DNA from: Arcobacteraceae bacterium
GTDB taxonomy: Bacteria > Campylobacterota > Campylobacteria > Campylobacterales > Arcobacteraceae
NCBI GenBank assembly: GCA_048268245.1
Contig: JBLWVX010000008.1
Coordinates: forward strand, 1-64,000
Direction: 5' to 3'
Length of the DNA: 64,000 nucleotides
The notes under the pieces were generated by a model that saw only the letters and a program-made list of their open reading frames with translations, did no database searches and was not told the DNA's origin. This document shows positions 48,679-59,253 of this stretch, in pieces. The position numbers were made by a program, and so were the translations under genes. Positions within the stretch are counted from its first letter, which is position 1, and every line of letters starts with the position of its first letter.

Positions 48679-49428
48679 ATGAAAGTTGGTCTATTTATTC
48701 CATGTTTTATGAATGAACTTTACCCAGACATTTGTAAAGCAACATATAAAGTATTAAAAAAACAAGGTTTAGAGATTGATTATCCAATAAATCAAACTTG
48801 CTGTGGTCAACCTATGGCAAACTCAGGATGTTCAAGAGATATAGAAACTTTAGCAAAACAATTCGTAAAAAACTTCAAAGACTATGACTATATAGTTGCC
48901 CCTAGTGGATCATGTGTTGCAATGGTAAAAGAACATTATACACCATTTTTCAATAATGACTCAGACTACAATAAAGTAAAAGCTTCTATTTATGAAGTAT
49001 GTGAATTTTTACATGATGTAATAGGTATTGAAAATCTGAAAATTGATGTAAGTTTTGCTCATAAAGTAGGTCTTCATAATTCATGTCATGGACACAGAGC
49101 TTTAAAACTTGGAACTGCAAGTGAACTTAATGTTCCTTATAACTCAAAATTAGAAAACATCTTAAATATAGTAAAAGACATTGAACTAGTTGAACTTAAA
49201 AGAAAAGATGAATGTTGTGGATTTGGTGGAACATTCTCAGTTGCCCAAGAAGATATATCAGTAGCAATGGGAAAAGATAGAATTAAAGATCATTTAGATT
49301 CAGATGCAAAAGTTATGACAGGTGCAGATATGTCATGCCTTATGCATATGGATGGACTAATAAATAGAAACAACTACCCAATAAAAGTAATGCATATTAC
49401 ACAAATTTTAGCAGGAGAAGAACTATGA
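48679..49428 (+). CDS. lutA: L-lactate utilisation protein A (CCG domains)
   Basis: QTCCGQP, PSGSC, HNSCH, CCGFGGTFS. Confidence 0.92.
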   Translation: MKVGLFIPCFMNELYPDICKATYKVLKKQGLEIDYPINQTCCGQPMANSGCSRDIETLAKQFVKNFKDYDYIVAPSGSCVAMVKEHYTPFFNNDSDYNKVKASIYEVCEFLHDVIGIENLKIDVSFAHKVGLHNSCHGHRALKLGTASELNVPYNSKLENILNIVKDIELVELKRKDECCGFGGTFSVAQEDISVAMGKDRIKDHLDSDAKVMTGADMSCLMHMDGLINRNNYPIKVMHITQILAGEEL

Positions 49429-50795
49429 GTACACATCCAGAGAATGCAAAAAAATTCGTAGCTAATGATGAGAGAATGCACTGGCATGATGAAGCTTTAT
49501 GGTTTGTAAGAGCAAAAAGAGATTTAGCTTCTAAATCTATTCCTGAATGGGAACAATTAAGAGAGTATGCAAGTCAAATAAAAACTCATACAATGGCAAA
49601 TCTTGATAAATATCTTTTAGAATTTGAAAAAAATGCAAATGCTAAAGGTATTAAAGTTCACTGGGCATCTGACGCTCAAGAGCACAATGAAATTGCATAC
49701 AGACTTCTAAAAGAAAAAGGCGTAAAAAAACTTGTAAAATCAAAATCGATGCTAACAGAAGAGTGTCATTTAAATCCTTTCTTAGAGCAAAGAGGAATCG
49801 AAGTAATTGATACAGACTTAGGTGAAAGAATTGTTCAATTAAGAAATGAACCACCTTCACATATTGTACTTCCTGCAATTCACTTAAAGAAAATGGATGT
49901 TTCAGATACATTCCATGAAAAATTAGGTACCCAAAAAGGAAATGATGATCCAACTTATTTAACAAGAGCTGCAAGAGCAAGTCTTAGAGAAGATTTCTTA
50001 ACAGCAGATGCAGGTATGACAGGAGTTAACTTTGCTATTGCAAATACAGGTGGAGTTGTTGTTTGTACCAACGAAGGGAATGCAGATATGGGTGCTTCAG
50101 TTCCAAAGTTACATATAGCTTCAATGGGAATGGAAAAAATCATTCCAAGATTAGAAGACTTATCAGTATTTACAAGATTACTTGCAAGAAGTGCAACAGG
50201 TCAGCCTATTACTTCATATACTTCACATTTCCATGCACCTATTGAGGGTGGAGAAATGCATATAATTATTGTAGATAATAAAAGAAGTGAATTTTTAAGT
50301 TCTTCAAAATACAAAAAAGCTCTAAACTGTATTAGATGTGGAGCATGTATGAATACTTGTCCTGTATATAGAAGAAGTGGAGGGCACTCTTATGAATATA
50401 CTATTCCTGGACCAATTGGTTCTATTTTAGGTGCAGTAAAAGAACCTGAAAAACATAGTAGTTTACCTTTTGCTTGTACATTATGTGGATCATGTTCTCA
50501 TGTTTGTCCTGCAAAAATTGATTTAGACTCTCAACTTTATGCAAGAAGACAAGACTTAAGTGAAATGAAACTTATAGATCCTAAGAAAAAAATGGCAATG
50601 AAAGTTACTGCATGGCTTATGAGTAAACCAAGTTTATTTAATCTAGCTGGAAAAATTGCAAGAAAAGTTGTTCCTAAACTTCCAAATTCACTTGTATACA
50701 ATAAATCAAATGTATGGGGAAGACAAAGAGACTTACCTAAAATGCCAGAGAAGAGCTTTAAAGAGATGTTTGAACAAGGAGAATTAGATGACTAG
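49425..50795 (+). CDS. lutB: L-lactate utilisation protein B (Fe-S)
   Basis: KSKSM, TDLGE, PSHIVLPAIH, CIRCGACMNTCP. Confidence 0.93.
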   Translation: MSTHPENAKKFVANDERMHWHDEALWFVRAKRDLASKSIPEWEQLREYASQIKTHTMANLDKYLLEFEKNANAKGIKVHWASDAQEHNEIAYRLLKEKGVKKLVKSKSMLTEECHLNPFLEQRGIEVIDTDLGERIVQLRNEPPSHIVLPAIHLKKMDVSDTFHEKLGTQKGNDDPTYLTRAARASLREDFLTADAGMTGVNFAIANTGGVVVCTNEGNADMGASVPKLHIASMGMEKIIPRLEDLSVFTRLLARSATGQPITSYTSHFHAPIEGGEMHIIIVDNKRSEFLSSSKYKKALNCIRCGACMNTCPVYRRSGGHSYEYTIPGPIGSILGAVKEPEKHSSLPFACTLCGSCSHVCPAKIDLDSQLYARRQDLSEMKLIDPKKKMAMKVTAWLMSKPSLFNLAGKIARKVVPKLPNSLVYNKSNVWGRQRDLPKMPEKSFKEMFEQGELDD

Positions 50796-51378
50796 TAAAG
50801 AAAAAATTTTAAATAGCATTAGAAAAAACAATGTAGTTGAAAATGTTGAACTTCCAAATTCATATGAAAACTTTGGTTTAACTTTTGAAGATAAGTTCGA
50901 AAAATTCTCTACTATGATTGAATCAGTAGGAGGAAAAGCCTTATTAATTGATAAAGCTGATTTAGAAAAAACAATAAGTGAACTTTATCCTGATGAAAAA
51001 ATAATAGCTTCAAATGTTGAAGGCTTATCATTAAAAAACTTTGATGCAAATGAAAAAGATGATGCTCATGAACTAAAAGATATTGATTTAGCAGTTGTAA
51101 AAGGCAATTTTGCAATAGCTGAAAATGGTGCTGTATGGATGAAAAATGAAGATAATAGACATAGAGCTTTATACTTTATAGCACAAAATATTGTAACAGT
51201 TTTAGACGAAAAAGATATTTTAAATAATATGCATGAAGCATATACTAAAATCAATTTTGAAGACAAAGGTTATGGTGTATTTATTTCAGGACCATCAAAA
51301 ACTGCTGATATTGAACAATCGTTGGTAATTGGTGCCCACGGACCTAAATCTGGATATGTAATTTTTACTAAATCTTGA
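50788..51378 (+). CDS. lutC: L-lactate utilisation protein C (LUD domain)
   Basis: ISGPSKTADIEQSLVIGAHGP. Confidence 0.93.
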   Translation: MTSKEKILNSIRKNNVVENVELPNSYENFGLTFEDKFEKFSTMIESVGGKALLIDKADLEKTISELYPDEKIIASNVEGLSLKNFDANEKDDAHELKDIDLAVVKGNFAIAENGAVWMKNEDNRHRALYFIAQNIVTVLDEKDILNNMHEAYTKINFEDKGYGVFISGPSKTADIEQSLVIGAHGPKSGYVIFTKS

Positions 51379-51405
51379 TATAATAGCCAAATAGAAGGGT
51401 CTTTA

Positions 51406-53598
51406 ATGAAAAAACTTATACTATTTAGCTTATTAATAATCAATTTTTTATATGCAAATAATACAAAAGAGGTGTTATTACTTCACTCATATCATAAAGG
51501 ATATATTTGGAGTGATGACATTTCAAAAACTATAGAACAAGCATTTTCAAAATACAAGAATATCGAACTTACTACAGTTTATATGGATACAAAACATGTA
51601 GCAGATCCAATTTACTTGGATAAACTAGCAGCTTTATATAAAGAGCAATTTAAAACAAGAAACTTTGATCTAATAATTGCTAGTGATAATAATGCTTTTG
51701 ATTTTACTATTAGATACCATGACTACCTTTTCAAAGACTTACCTGTACTTTTTTGTGGAATAAATAATTTTGATGAAGCATTACTTGATGAAAACAATAT
51801 GAAAAAGTATATGACAGGAGTAGTTGAGCAAGTAGATTTAGAAAAAAACTTTGAACTTATAAAAGATTTACACCCAAATATCAATAAACTTCTAATTATA
51901 AATGATAGATCAAAAACAGGTTTAGCGGTAAAAAGAGACCTAAGAAATATAATAAAGAAATATGAAAAACAGTTCAAAGTAGAGTATGTTGATAAAATGG
52001 AGATTGAAAATTTAAAAGATAAAGTCTCTAAACTAGGAAAAAATGATGTTATTTTGTTTGTTCTTTTATTTAAAGATACTACAGAAAAATACTTCACATA
52101 TAAACAAAGTTTTTTAGAGATAAAAGCAGTTAGTAATGTTCCTATATATGGACTTTGGGATTTTTATCTAAATTATGGGATTGTTGGGGGACTTTTAACA
52201 TCAGCAATTGCACAAGGAGAATCTGTATCAAGAATGGCTATAGATGTTTTAAATGGTAAAAAAATTAAAGATATTCCAGTTATAGATAAGTCTCCTAATA
52301 GATATATGTTTGATTATAATGAAGTTGAAAAATTTGACATCCAAATTGACAATTATTTAAGTGACTATATTTTAATAAATGAACCAAATGCTGTATATAG
52401 AAAGTTTATAAAGTTTATTGTTCTAGCTATTATTATAATCATGGTTTTAAGTATTATAGTTGTAGTTTTAAGAGCAAATATAAAAAGAAGAAAAAAACTA
52501 GAACTTGCATTATCAAATCAACTTGAATTTGACAAAGTACTGCTTGATACTATTCCAAATCCTATTTATTATAAAAATGTTGAAGGTAAATTTTTAGGTT
52601 GTAACCTAAGTTTTGCAAACTTAGTAAGCAAAGATAGAAATGAAATTATAGGAAAAAGTGCTTTTGACTTTTTCCCATATGAAGTTGCCTTAAAAAATAC
52701 AAATATTGACCAAGAGTTAATGCAAACTTTTAGTACAAGTACTTCTGAATTTACTTTTTATACTTCATCTAGTCATATGAAACATATCATTTTAAATAAA
52801 GCTGTTTATAAAAATATAGATGGAAGCGTAGGTGGAATTGTATGTATTATGGATGATATTACTGAAAGAGTTCAACAAAAACAGTTTTTAATCCAACAAA
52901 GTAAATTAGCTGAAATGGGTGATATGATTGCAGCAATTGCCCACCAATGGAATGAGCCATTAATAGAACTATCAGCACAAGTACAAGATATTCAAACTTC
53001 GTATCTTTTAAATGAACTAAAAGATACAGATGTAAAAGACTTTGTAAATGACTCAATGATTCAAATAAAATACATGTCAAAAACGCTAAGTGACTTTAGA
53101 AATTTCCTAAAACCATCAACAAAGAAAAAGCTATTCTCAATTTCAAAAGCTTTAAATGAAATAAATGAGATTATTGGAAAACAAATATTCTACTCAAATA
53201 TAAATATGTCATTTAACTACAAAAACAATAATGAAGAGCTTTTAATATATGGATATGAAAATGAGTTTAAACAAGTTTTATTAAATCTTATCAATAATTC
53301 AAAAAACAAAATTCTTGAAAAAAACAACCCTCACACACAAAAAGGAAATATTGATATAAATATTCAAAGGGATGATAATTATAATATAATAGAGATATGT
53401 GATGATGGTGGAGCCATTGAAGAAAAAATCATAAATTCAATTTTCCAACCTTATTTTACTACTAAAAAAGATGGTACAGGAATTGGTTTATATATGGCAA
53501 AAGTTATAATTGAAGACAAAATGAGAGGTTCTATTACAGTGAAAAATGACCATAATAATGTTATCTTTACAATAAAACTTCCCAATAAAAAGGTTTAA
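51406..53598 (+). CDS. Membrane sensor kinase with periplasmic substrate-binding-like and PAS domains
   Basis: LLLHSYHKGYIWSD periplasmic domain, TM, PAS, IAHQW H-box, GTGIGLY. Confidence 0.9.
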   Translation: MKKLILFSLLIINFLYANNTKEVLLLHSYHKGYIWSDDISKTIEQAFSKYKNIELTTVYMDTKHVADPIYLDKLAALYKEQFKTRNFDLIIASDNNAFDFTIRYHDYLFKDLPVLFCGINNFDEALLDENNMKKYMTGVVEQVDLEKNFELIKDLHPNINKLLIINDRSKTGLAVKRDLRNIIKKYEKQFKVEYVDKMEIENLKDKVSKLGKNDVILFVLLFKDTTEKYFTYKQSFLEIKAVSNVPIYGLWDFYLNYGIVGGLLTSAIAQGESVSRMAIDVLNGKKIKDIPVIDKSPNRYMFDYNEVEKFDIQIDNYLSDYILINEPNAVYRKFIKFIVLAIIIIMVLSIIVVVLRANIKRRKKLELALSNQLEFDKVLLDTIPNPIYYKNVEGKFLGCNLSFANLVSKDRNEIIGKSAFDFFPYEVALKNTNIDQELMQTFSTSTSEFTFYTSSSHMKHIILNKAVYKNIDGSVGGIVCIMDDITERVQQKQFLIQQSKLAEMGDMIAAIAHQWNEPLIELSAQVQDIQTSYLLNELKDTDVKDFVNDSMIQIKYMSKTLSDFRNFLKPSTKKKLFSISKALNEINEIIGKQIFYSNINMSFNYKNNNEELLIYGYENEFKQVLLNLINNSKNKILEKNNPHTQKGNIDINIQRDDNYNIIEICDDGGAIEEKIINSIFQPYFTTKKDGTGIGLYMAKVIIEDKMRGSITVKNDHNNVIFTIKLPNKKV

Positions 53599-53599
53599 A

Positions 53600-54241
53600 G
53601 TGAAAATTTTACTTTTAGAAGACAACAAAAAACTAAATGAAACAATAAAAAAAAGACTTAAACTTAAAGGTTATGCAGTTGAAGCATATACAGATGGAGC
53701 AGAAGTTTATGAAAAAATTACAGATGGATATAGCTGTTTTATCTTAGATATAAATGTTCCAAATGTTGATGGAATAAAAATCCTAAAAAGAATTAGAGAA
53801 TTTTATGAAACTATTCCTGTGATTATAATTTCAGCAAGTGTAGAACTAGATGTAATTAAGGAGTCTTATGACTTTGGATGTAATGATTATCTAAAAAAAC
53901 CTTTCTTTATAGATGAACTTGAAATAAAAATTGAGAAGTTATGTAACATTCAAGATGATTATTTACATTTTGACAAAGATTGTTATTTTGATTATAAATC
54001 CTCAACTGTTGTTATAGACAAGCAAGAGTATAGACTTACAAAAAAAGAAAGACTTTTAATGAACTTATTTTTAACTAAAAAAAATCAGGTTTTATCTTAT
54101 GAAAGTATTGAAAATTACGTATGGGAAGGAAGTTTTGCTTCTTTAGAGTCCATAAGAAGTTTAATAAGAAGACTAAGAAAAGTTCTTCAAAGAGACTATA
54201 TCCAAACAGTAGTAGATACGGGGTATATTTTTAAAACTTAA
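53600..54241 (+). CDS. OmpR-family response regulator
   Basis: GTG start, receiver plus winged helix. Confidence 0.92.
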   Translation: MKILLLEDNKKLNETIKKRLKLKGYAVEAYTDGAEVYEKITDGYSCFILDINVPNVDGIKILKRIREFYETIPVIIISASVELDVIKESYDFGCNDYLKKPFFIDELEIKIEKLCNIQDDYLHFDKDCYFDYKSSTVVIDKQEYRLTKKERLLMNLFLTKKNQVLSYESIENYVWEGSFASLESIRSLIRRLRKVLQRDYIQTVVDTGYIFKT

Positions 54242-54246
54242 ACTCT

Positions 54247-54765
54247 CTAAAGTCTCAAAGAGGCTTTCATTTGAGAATATAACTCTTCATATTCATCCTT
54301 ACTTAATACCCTTCCATGGGATAAAAAAAGAAGTTCCAAACTCTCTTGTTCTTTTCTAAAAGGCACTTGATAGTGTTTAAAATCATTTACTTTAAAATCA
54401 AATTTTTCATAAAACCTTAATCTTTTTTTACTAATTTCATCCCTTATCAACTCTATTTCTAAAACCACTTGTTTATTTCTATCTAATAAACTGTTCAAAA
54501 TTTTTGAACCATAAGACTTTCCTCTAAAGCCTGATTCAACGGCAAAGTGCTCAATAAATCTAAATTTATCAAAATCCCAATAAAATACTATTCCCACAAA
54601 ATCATTTTCATCTAAATAAGCATATGTTTTATACCTACTATCATTTTGAATTTGTTTTTGTTCATCTATATTTCTTCTCTCAATTTTGGGAAAAGAAGTT
54701 TCATAAAGTTCCCAAGCTTTATAAAATAAATCACTATTTTTTATATCCATAGCTACCAATGGCAT
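54247..54765 (-). CDS. GNAT-family acetyltransferase
   Basis: EHFAV...RGKSYGS, RLRFYEK. Confidence 0.85.
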   Translation of the reverse strand: MPLVAMDIKNSDLFYKAWELYETSFPKIERRNIDEQKQIQNDSRYKTYAYLDENDFVGIVFYWDFDKFRFIEHFAVESGFRGKSYGSKILNSLLDRNKQVVLEIELIRDEISKKRLRFYEKFDFKVNDFKHYQVPFRKEQESLELLFLSHGRVLSKDEYEELYSQMKASLRL

Positions 54766-54773
54766 TATAAGTC

Positions 54774-55418
54774 CTAACTATTATTTAATAATAGATAATA
54801 GCCTCTATTAGATGAAGCTTTAATTGTAAGAGGGATTTTTTTTCTTAATCTTCTAATTAATGTTCTTATTGCATCAATAGAAGCATACTCACCTTTCCAT
54901 ACATAGTTTTGAATATTCTCATAAGTAACTAGCTTATTTAAATTTATCGCAAAAAGATTTACAAGTAAACTTTCTTTCTCAGTTAAATTATTTCTCTTAT
55001 CATTTACTGTTAAAATACTCTCTTTAAAATTAAAGATGCAAGAGCCTAATATAATTTCATTACTTGGGATATTACATAATTTATCAATTTTTATTTCAAG
55101 TTCATCTATAAAAAAAGGTTTTTTTAGATAATCATTACATCCAAAGTCATAAGACTCCTTAATTACATCTAGTTCAACTGTAGATGAAATTATAATAACA
55201 GGGCAGCTCTCATAAAAGTCTCTAATTTTTTTTAATATTTTTATACCATCAACATTTGGAACATGAATATCTAAAAGAAAGCATGAATAGCCATTTGTTA
55301 TATTATCATAAGCCTCTTGTCCACATGTATAAGAGTGTACTTTATATCCTTTTAACTCTAGTTTTAGTTTGATTGTCTCATTTAAAGTTTCATTATCTTC
55401 TAAAAGTAATATTTTCAT
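54774..55418 (-). CDS. OmpR-family response regulator
   Basis: Close paralogue of 53600..54241. Confidence 0.92.
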   Translation of the reverse strand: MKILLLEDNETLNETIKLKLELKGYKVHSYTCGQEAYDNITNGYSCFLLDIHVPNVDGIKILKKIRDFYESCPVIIISSTVELDVIKESYDFGCNDYLKKPFFIDELEIKIDKLCNIPSNEIILGSCIFNFKESILTVNDKRNNLTEKESLLVNLFAINLNKLVTYENIQNYVWKGEYASIDAIRTLIRRLRKKIPLTIKASSNRGYYLLLNNS

Positions 55419-55426
55419 TTTATACC

Positions 55427-56530
55427 TTATTTGTGTGGAAGTTCTATAGAAAAGATTGCATGCTCACCATTATTTTTAGCAGAAACTTTTCCTGACATCT
55501 TATCTTCTATAATAGTTTTTACCATATATAAACCAAATCCTGTGCCATTTTCTTTTGTAGTAAAAAAAGGATCAAATATCTGTCCTATTATTTCATCTTT
55601 TATAGGTCCTGCATTATCCATAATTTCCATTACTGTTAAATCTTTTTTATTTCTTAACTTTATTGTAATAGTCCCTTCAAAATCACTGTTTTCATAGGCA
55701 GTTGTAATCTTATTTTTTGCATTATTTATAATATTTAATATAACTTGTTTTAATTGATTTTTGTAGCCAAATATTTTAAATTCTTCATTTTTATCATAAT
55801 CAAAATCAACTTTTATATTAAAATAAAAGATCTGTTTACCAACAATATCAAAAATCTCTAAAATTGCTTTTTTCAAGTCAAACTCTTTTTTAACAGTTGA
55901 AGGTTTTAAGAAATTTCTAAAATCACTTAATGTCTCTGACATATATTGAATAGGAATCATTGAATCAGAAACAAAATTAGAAACTTTTTCTTTATCTATT
56001 TGATTAGTAGAATAATAAAGTTCCATTTTCTGTACTTGAGCTGAAAGTTCAACCAATGGCTCATTCCATTGATGGGCTATTGAAGCAATCATCTCTCCCA
56101 TTTCAGCAAACTTACTTTGTTGTATCAAAATCTCTTTTTCTTTAATTCTTTGAGTTATATCTGTCATTATGCAAACAATACCTTTTACAACGCCTAATTT
56201 ATCTTGACAAACAGCTTTACTTAAATTGTAATATCTAACTTCCCCATCATCTTTTATAAAATGAACTTCATCTTCATAAGGTTGAAGTGTTTTCATTATT
56301 TCCTTATCAATTAATTTATTTCTATCTGCAGCACTTTTAGGAAAGAACTCATAAGCAGATTTGCCTATGATTTCTTTTTTGCATGTATTTGTAAGTTCTG
56401 AAAATCGAGTATTACATCTAATAAAATCACCCTTTACATCTTTATAATATATAGGGTTAGGTAAAGCATCCAATAAAACATCCTCAAAATTTAATTTCTT
56501 CTCTAAATCATAATAGTATTTCTTATTCAT
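55427..56530 (-). CDS. Cytoplasmic PAS histidine kinase
   Basis: No TM; PAS, IAHQWNEPL, GTGFGLY. Confidence 0.9.
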   Translation of the reverse strand: MNKKYYYDLEKKLNFEDVLLDALPNPIYYKDVKGDFIRCNTRFSELTNTCKKEIIGKSAYEFFPKSAADRNKLIDKEIMKTLQPYEDEVHFIKDDGEVRYYNLSKAVCQDKLGVVKGIVCIMTDITQRIKEKEILIQQSKFAEMGEMIASIAHQWNEPLVELSAQVQKMELYYSTNQIDKEKVSNFVSDSMIPIQYMSETLSDFRNFLKPSTVKKEFDLKKAILEIFDIVGKQIFYFNIKVDFDYDKNEEFKIFGYKNQLKQVILNIINNAKNKITTAYENSDFEGTITIKLRNKKDLTVMEIMDNAGPIKDEIIGQIFDPFFTTKENGTGFGLYMVKTIIEDKMSGKVSAKNNGEHAIFSIELPHK

Positions 56531-56576
56531 ATTTATTCCTATATAATTTATAAAAATTATATCATTATATATAAAA

Positions 56577-57773
56577 TTATTCTATGTTTTTAACTAAAAT
56601 TGCTGTTCCCATTCCTCCACCGATACATAATGAAGCTAATCCATACTCTAATTCTTGTTTTTTCATTTCATGTACTAATGAAACAATTATTCTATTAGCA
56701 CTAGCACCAACAGGGTGACCTAAAGCGATTCCACTACCATTAACATTAATTTTTTTCTGAAGTATCTCATCAGTTAAATTAACTTTTTCTTTTAATAACT
56801 CAAATACTCCTAAGATTTGTGATGCAAAAGCTTCATTGATTTCAATAAGATCAATTTCATCAATTGACATATTAGTCTTTTCTAATAGCTTTTCAATAGC
56901 ATATGCAGGACTAAGTCCCATAATAGATGGATCAATACCTACTTGTGATACATCAATAATTTCAACTAATGGTTTTAGATTATATTTTTTTACAGCCTCT
57001 TCTGAAGCAATTAAAGTAAAACTTGCTCCATCATTTATTCCAGAAGCATTACCAGCTGTAACAGTTCCATCTTTTTTAAATGCAGGTCTAAGTTTTTGTA
57101 GTTTCTCAAGCGAAGTATTTCTATTTATATACTCATCTTTATCAAAAATAATATCACCCTTTCTAGTTTTAACTGTTACAGGAGTAATCTCATCAACAAA
57201 TTTTTTTTCATCATCAGCTATTGCTGCTTTTTCTTGTGAAAATATTGCATATTCATCTTGCATTTCTCTTGTAATGTTAAATTTCTCAGCTATATTTTCA
57301 GCTGTTATTCCCATATGATAACCTTCAAAAGCATCAACTAAAGCATCACTCATTGAGTCAACAAGTTTACTATCACCTAAACTCATTCCTGCTCTTATTT
57401 TTGAAGAGACTAAAAAAGGTGCTGAAGACATATTTTCAACACCTCCTGCAATAATTACATCCTTTTCTCCTGCTTTTATTTCAGAAATTGCATTCATTAC
57501 AGCTTTCATTCCGGAACCACACAGCATATTAATAGAATATGCAACCGTAGATTTAGGTAAACCTCCATAAATTGATGCTTGTCTTCCAATACCTTGAGAA
57601 TGACCAGCTGATAAGATATTTCCAACTATAACCTCATCAACAATTGTGTTATCAATATCCTTTATTAGGTCTTTTATTACTTGTCCAGCTAAATCACCTG
57701 GCTTTACATCCTTTAAAGTTCCTAGAAAACTTCCAATTGCACTTCTTTTTGCTTCAACTATATATACTTTCAT
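56577..57773 (-). CDS. atoB: Acetyl-CoA C-acetyltransferase (thiolase)
   Basis: NMLCGSG, NEAFA, GHPVGAS, LCIGGGMG. Confidence 0.93.
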   Translation of the reverse strand: MKVYIVEAKRSAIGSFLGTLKDVKPGDLAGQVIKDLIKDIDNTIVDEVIVGNILSAGHSQGIGRQASIYGGLPKSTVAYSINMLCGSGMKAVMNAISEIKAGEKDVIIAGGVENMSSAPFLVSSKIRAGMSLGDSKLVDSMSDALVDAFEGYHMGITAENIAEKFNITREMQDEYAIFSQEKAAIADDEKKFVDEITPVTVKTRKGDIIFDKDEYINRNTSLEKLQKLRPAFKKDGTVTAGNASGINDGASFTLIASEEAVKKYNLKPLVEIIDVSQVGIDPSIMGLSPAYAIEKLLEKTNMSIDEIDLIEINEAFASQILGVFELLKEKVNLTDEILQKKINVNGSGIALGHPVGASANRIIVSLVHEMKKQELEYGLASLCIGGGMGTAILVKNIE

Positions 57774-57786
57774 TTATTTCCTTATA

Positions 57787-58422
57787 TTATTTTTTAAGAG
57801 CAACTTTATAAGTTGCAGGGGTAAGCTCTTTTATTTGCTCTAAAGATGTATCACCTATTAATTCTGTTAAATGTAGTTTTCCATCAATATATTCAAAAAC
57901 ACCTAATTCAGTAATAATCATATCTATCACGCTTTTTCCTGTAAGAGGTAATGTACACTCTTTAAGTATTTTAGGAAGTCCTTTTGCCGTATGCTGCATA
58001 GCTACAATAACTTTTTTTACACCACTTACTAAATCCATAGAGCCACCCATTCCTGGTACAAACTTCCCAGGAATATTCCAACTTGCTAAACTACCATTCT
58101 CATCTACTTCTAATGCTCCTAATACTGTAATATCAATATGTCCACCTCTTATAATTTCAAAAGATGTTGAAGAATCAAAAAAAACACCACCTGGTTTTAG
58201 ATTTACATGTGTTCCTCCTGCATCTATAACATCTATATCCTTATTGCTATCACTAGCCTTATCCCATACTCCAGCAAAACCATTTTCTGAATGTAAAACT
58301 ATTTTTACATCAGAAGGTATGTAGTTAGGTATTAAAGTAGGAAGTCCTATTCCAAGATTAATAAAATCACCATTACTAAACTCTTTTACAACTCTTTGTG
58401 CAATTATTTCTTTTGCTGACAT
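57787..58422 (-). CDS. atoA: 3-oxoacid/acetate CoA-transferase beta subunit
   Basis: NLGIGLP, SENG, GMGGSMDL. Confidence 0.88.
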   Translation of the reverse strand: MSAKEIIAQRVVKEFSNGDFINLGIGLPTLIPNYIPSDVKIVLHSENGFAGVWDKASDSNKDIDVIDAGGTHVNLKPGGVFFDSSTSFEIIRGGHIDITVLGALEVDENGSLASWNIPGKFVPGMGGSMDLVSGVKKVIVAMQHTAKGLPKILKECTLPLTGKSVIDMIITELGVFEYIDGKLHLTELIGDTSLEQIKELTPATYKVALKK

Positions 58423-58424
58423 TT

Positions 58425-59072
58425 TTATACCTTTACAATATGATTAATATATACAAATGGAGTATGTACAAAACTAGGATCTAGTTCTCCATCCTCAACT
58501 ATTTCTTCCACTTCTGCAATTGTTATTTTTGCTGCACCTGCCATAGGAACATTAAAGTTTCTTGTTGCACCTTTATATAATAAATTTCCTGCTTTGTCTG
58601 ATTTGTGGGCTTTTAAAATTGCCAAATCTACATGTATAGGCTTTTCTAATATATACTCTTGATCATCTACTGTAACAACATCTTTACCTTCTTGAACTAG
58701 GGTCCCTAAACCAGTTCTTGTTAAAACTCCTCCAAGTCCAGCAGCAGCTGATCTTAACCTTTCTGCTAATGTACCTTGTGGAACAAGTTCAACTTCAATA
58801 AATCCATCATTTACTTGTTGTTGAGTATCTTTATTTGTACCAATATGACTAGCCATTAGTTTGGATACCCTTTTATTTGTAATTAACTTGCCCACTCCTT
58901 CTCCCTCAAAGAAAGTGTCTGTAGCGACTAATGTTAAATCTTTAACATCTGTTTTTAAAATCTCATCAATAATATTATGAGCATTTCCACAGCCTAAAAA
59001 TCCACCAATGGAGATTGTCATACCATCTGTAAGAAATTTTCCAATTTCTCCTATTTCAATTTTCTTATCCAT
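58425..59072 (-). CDS. atoD: 3-oxoacid/acetate CoA-transferase alpha subunit
   Basis: GGFLGCG, PQGTLAERLR, GNL...RNFN. Confidence 0.88.
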   Translation of the reverse strand: MDKKIEIGEIGKFLTDGMTISIGGFLGCGNAHNIIDEILKTDVKDLTLVATDTFFEGEGVGKLITNKRVSKLMASHIGTNKDTQQQVNDGFIEVELVPQGTLAERLRSAAAGLGGVLTRTGLGTLVQEGKDVVTVDDQEYILEKPIHVDLAILKAHKSDKAGNLLYKGATRNFNVPMAGAAKITIAEVEEIVEDGELDPSFVHTPFVYINHIVKV

Positions 59073-59114
59073 TCTAGTATCCTTTTTTAAGTTAGATTAA
59101 TTACCTACAGTGAA

Positions 59115-59147
59115 AGTATATGAATAAATAATGATAAAATTATGGCA
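59115..59147 (-). promoter_or_regulatory. Tandem-repeat regulator box plus -10 for atoDAB
   Basis: Minus strand TGCCAT-AATTT-TATCAT-N10-TATACT. Confidence 0.55.
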
Positions 59148-59201
59148 ATGATAAAAGTAAAATATTAATTTATAAAATAAGTTTTGGATTAAAATTTTTA
59201 T

Positions 59202-59240
59202 AAAAACAATAGCTATGCGGAGACATTTCATAGCTATTGT
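59202..59240 (-). terminator. Intrinsic terminator of the acyl-CoA/ETF operon
   Basis: acaatagctatg / catagctattgt 12-bp stem, T tract on minus strand. Confidence 0.78.
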
Positions 59241-59253
59241 ATTAATTGTATTG

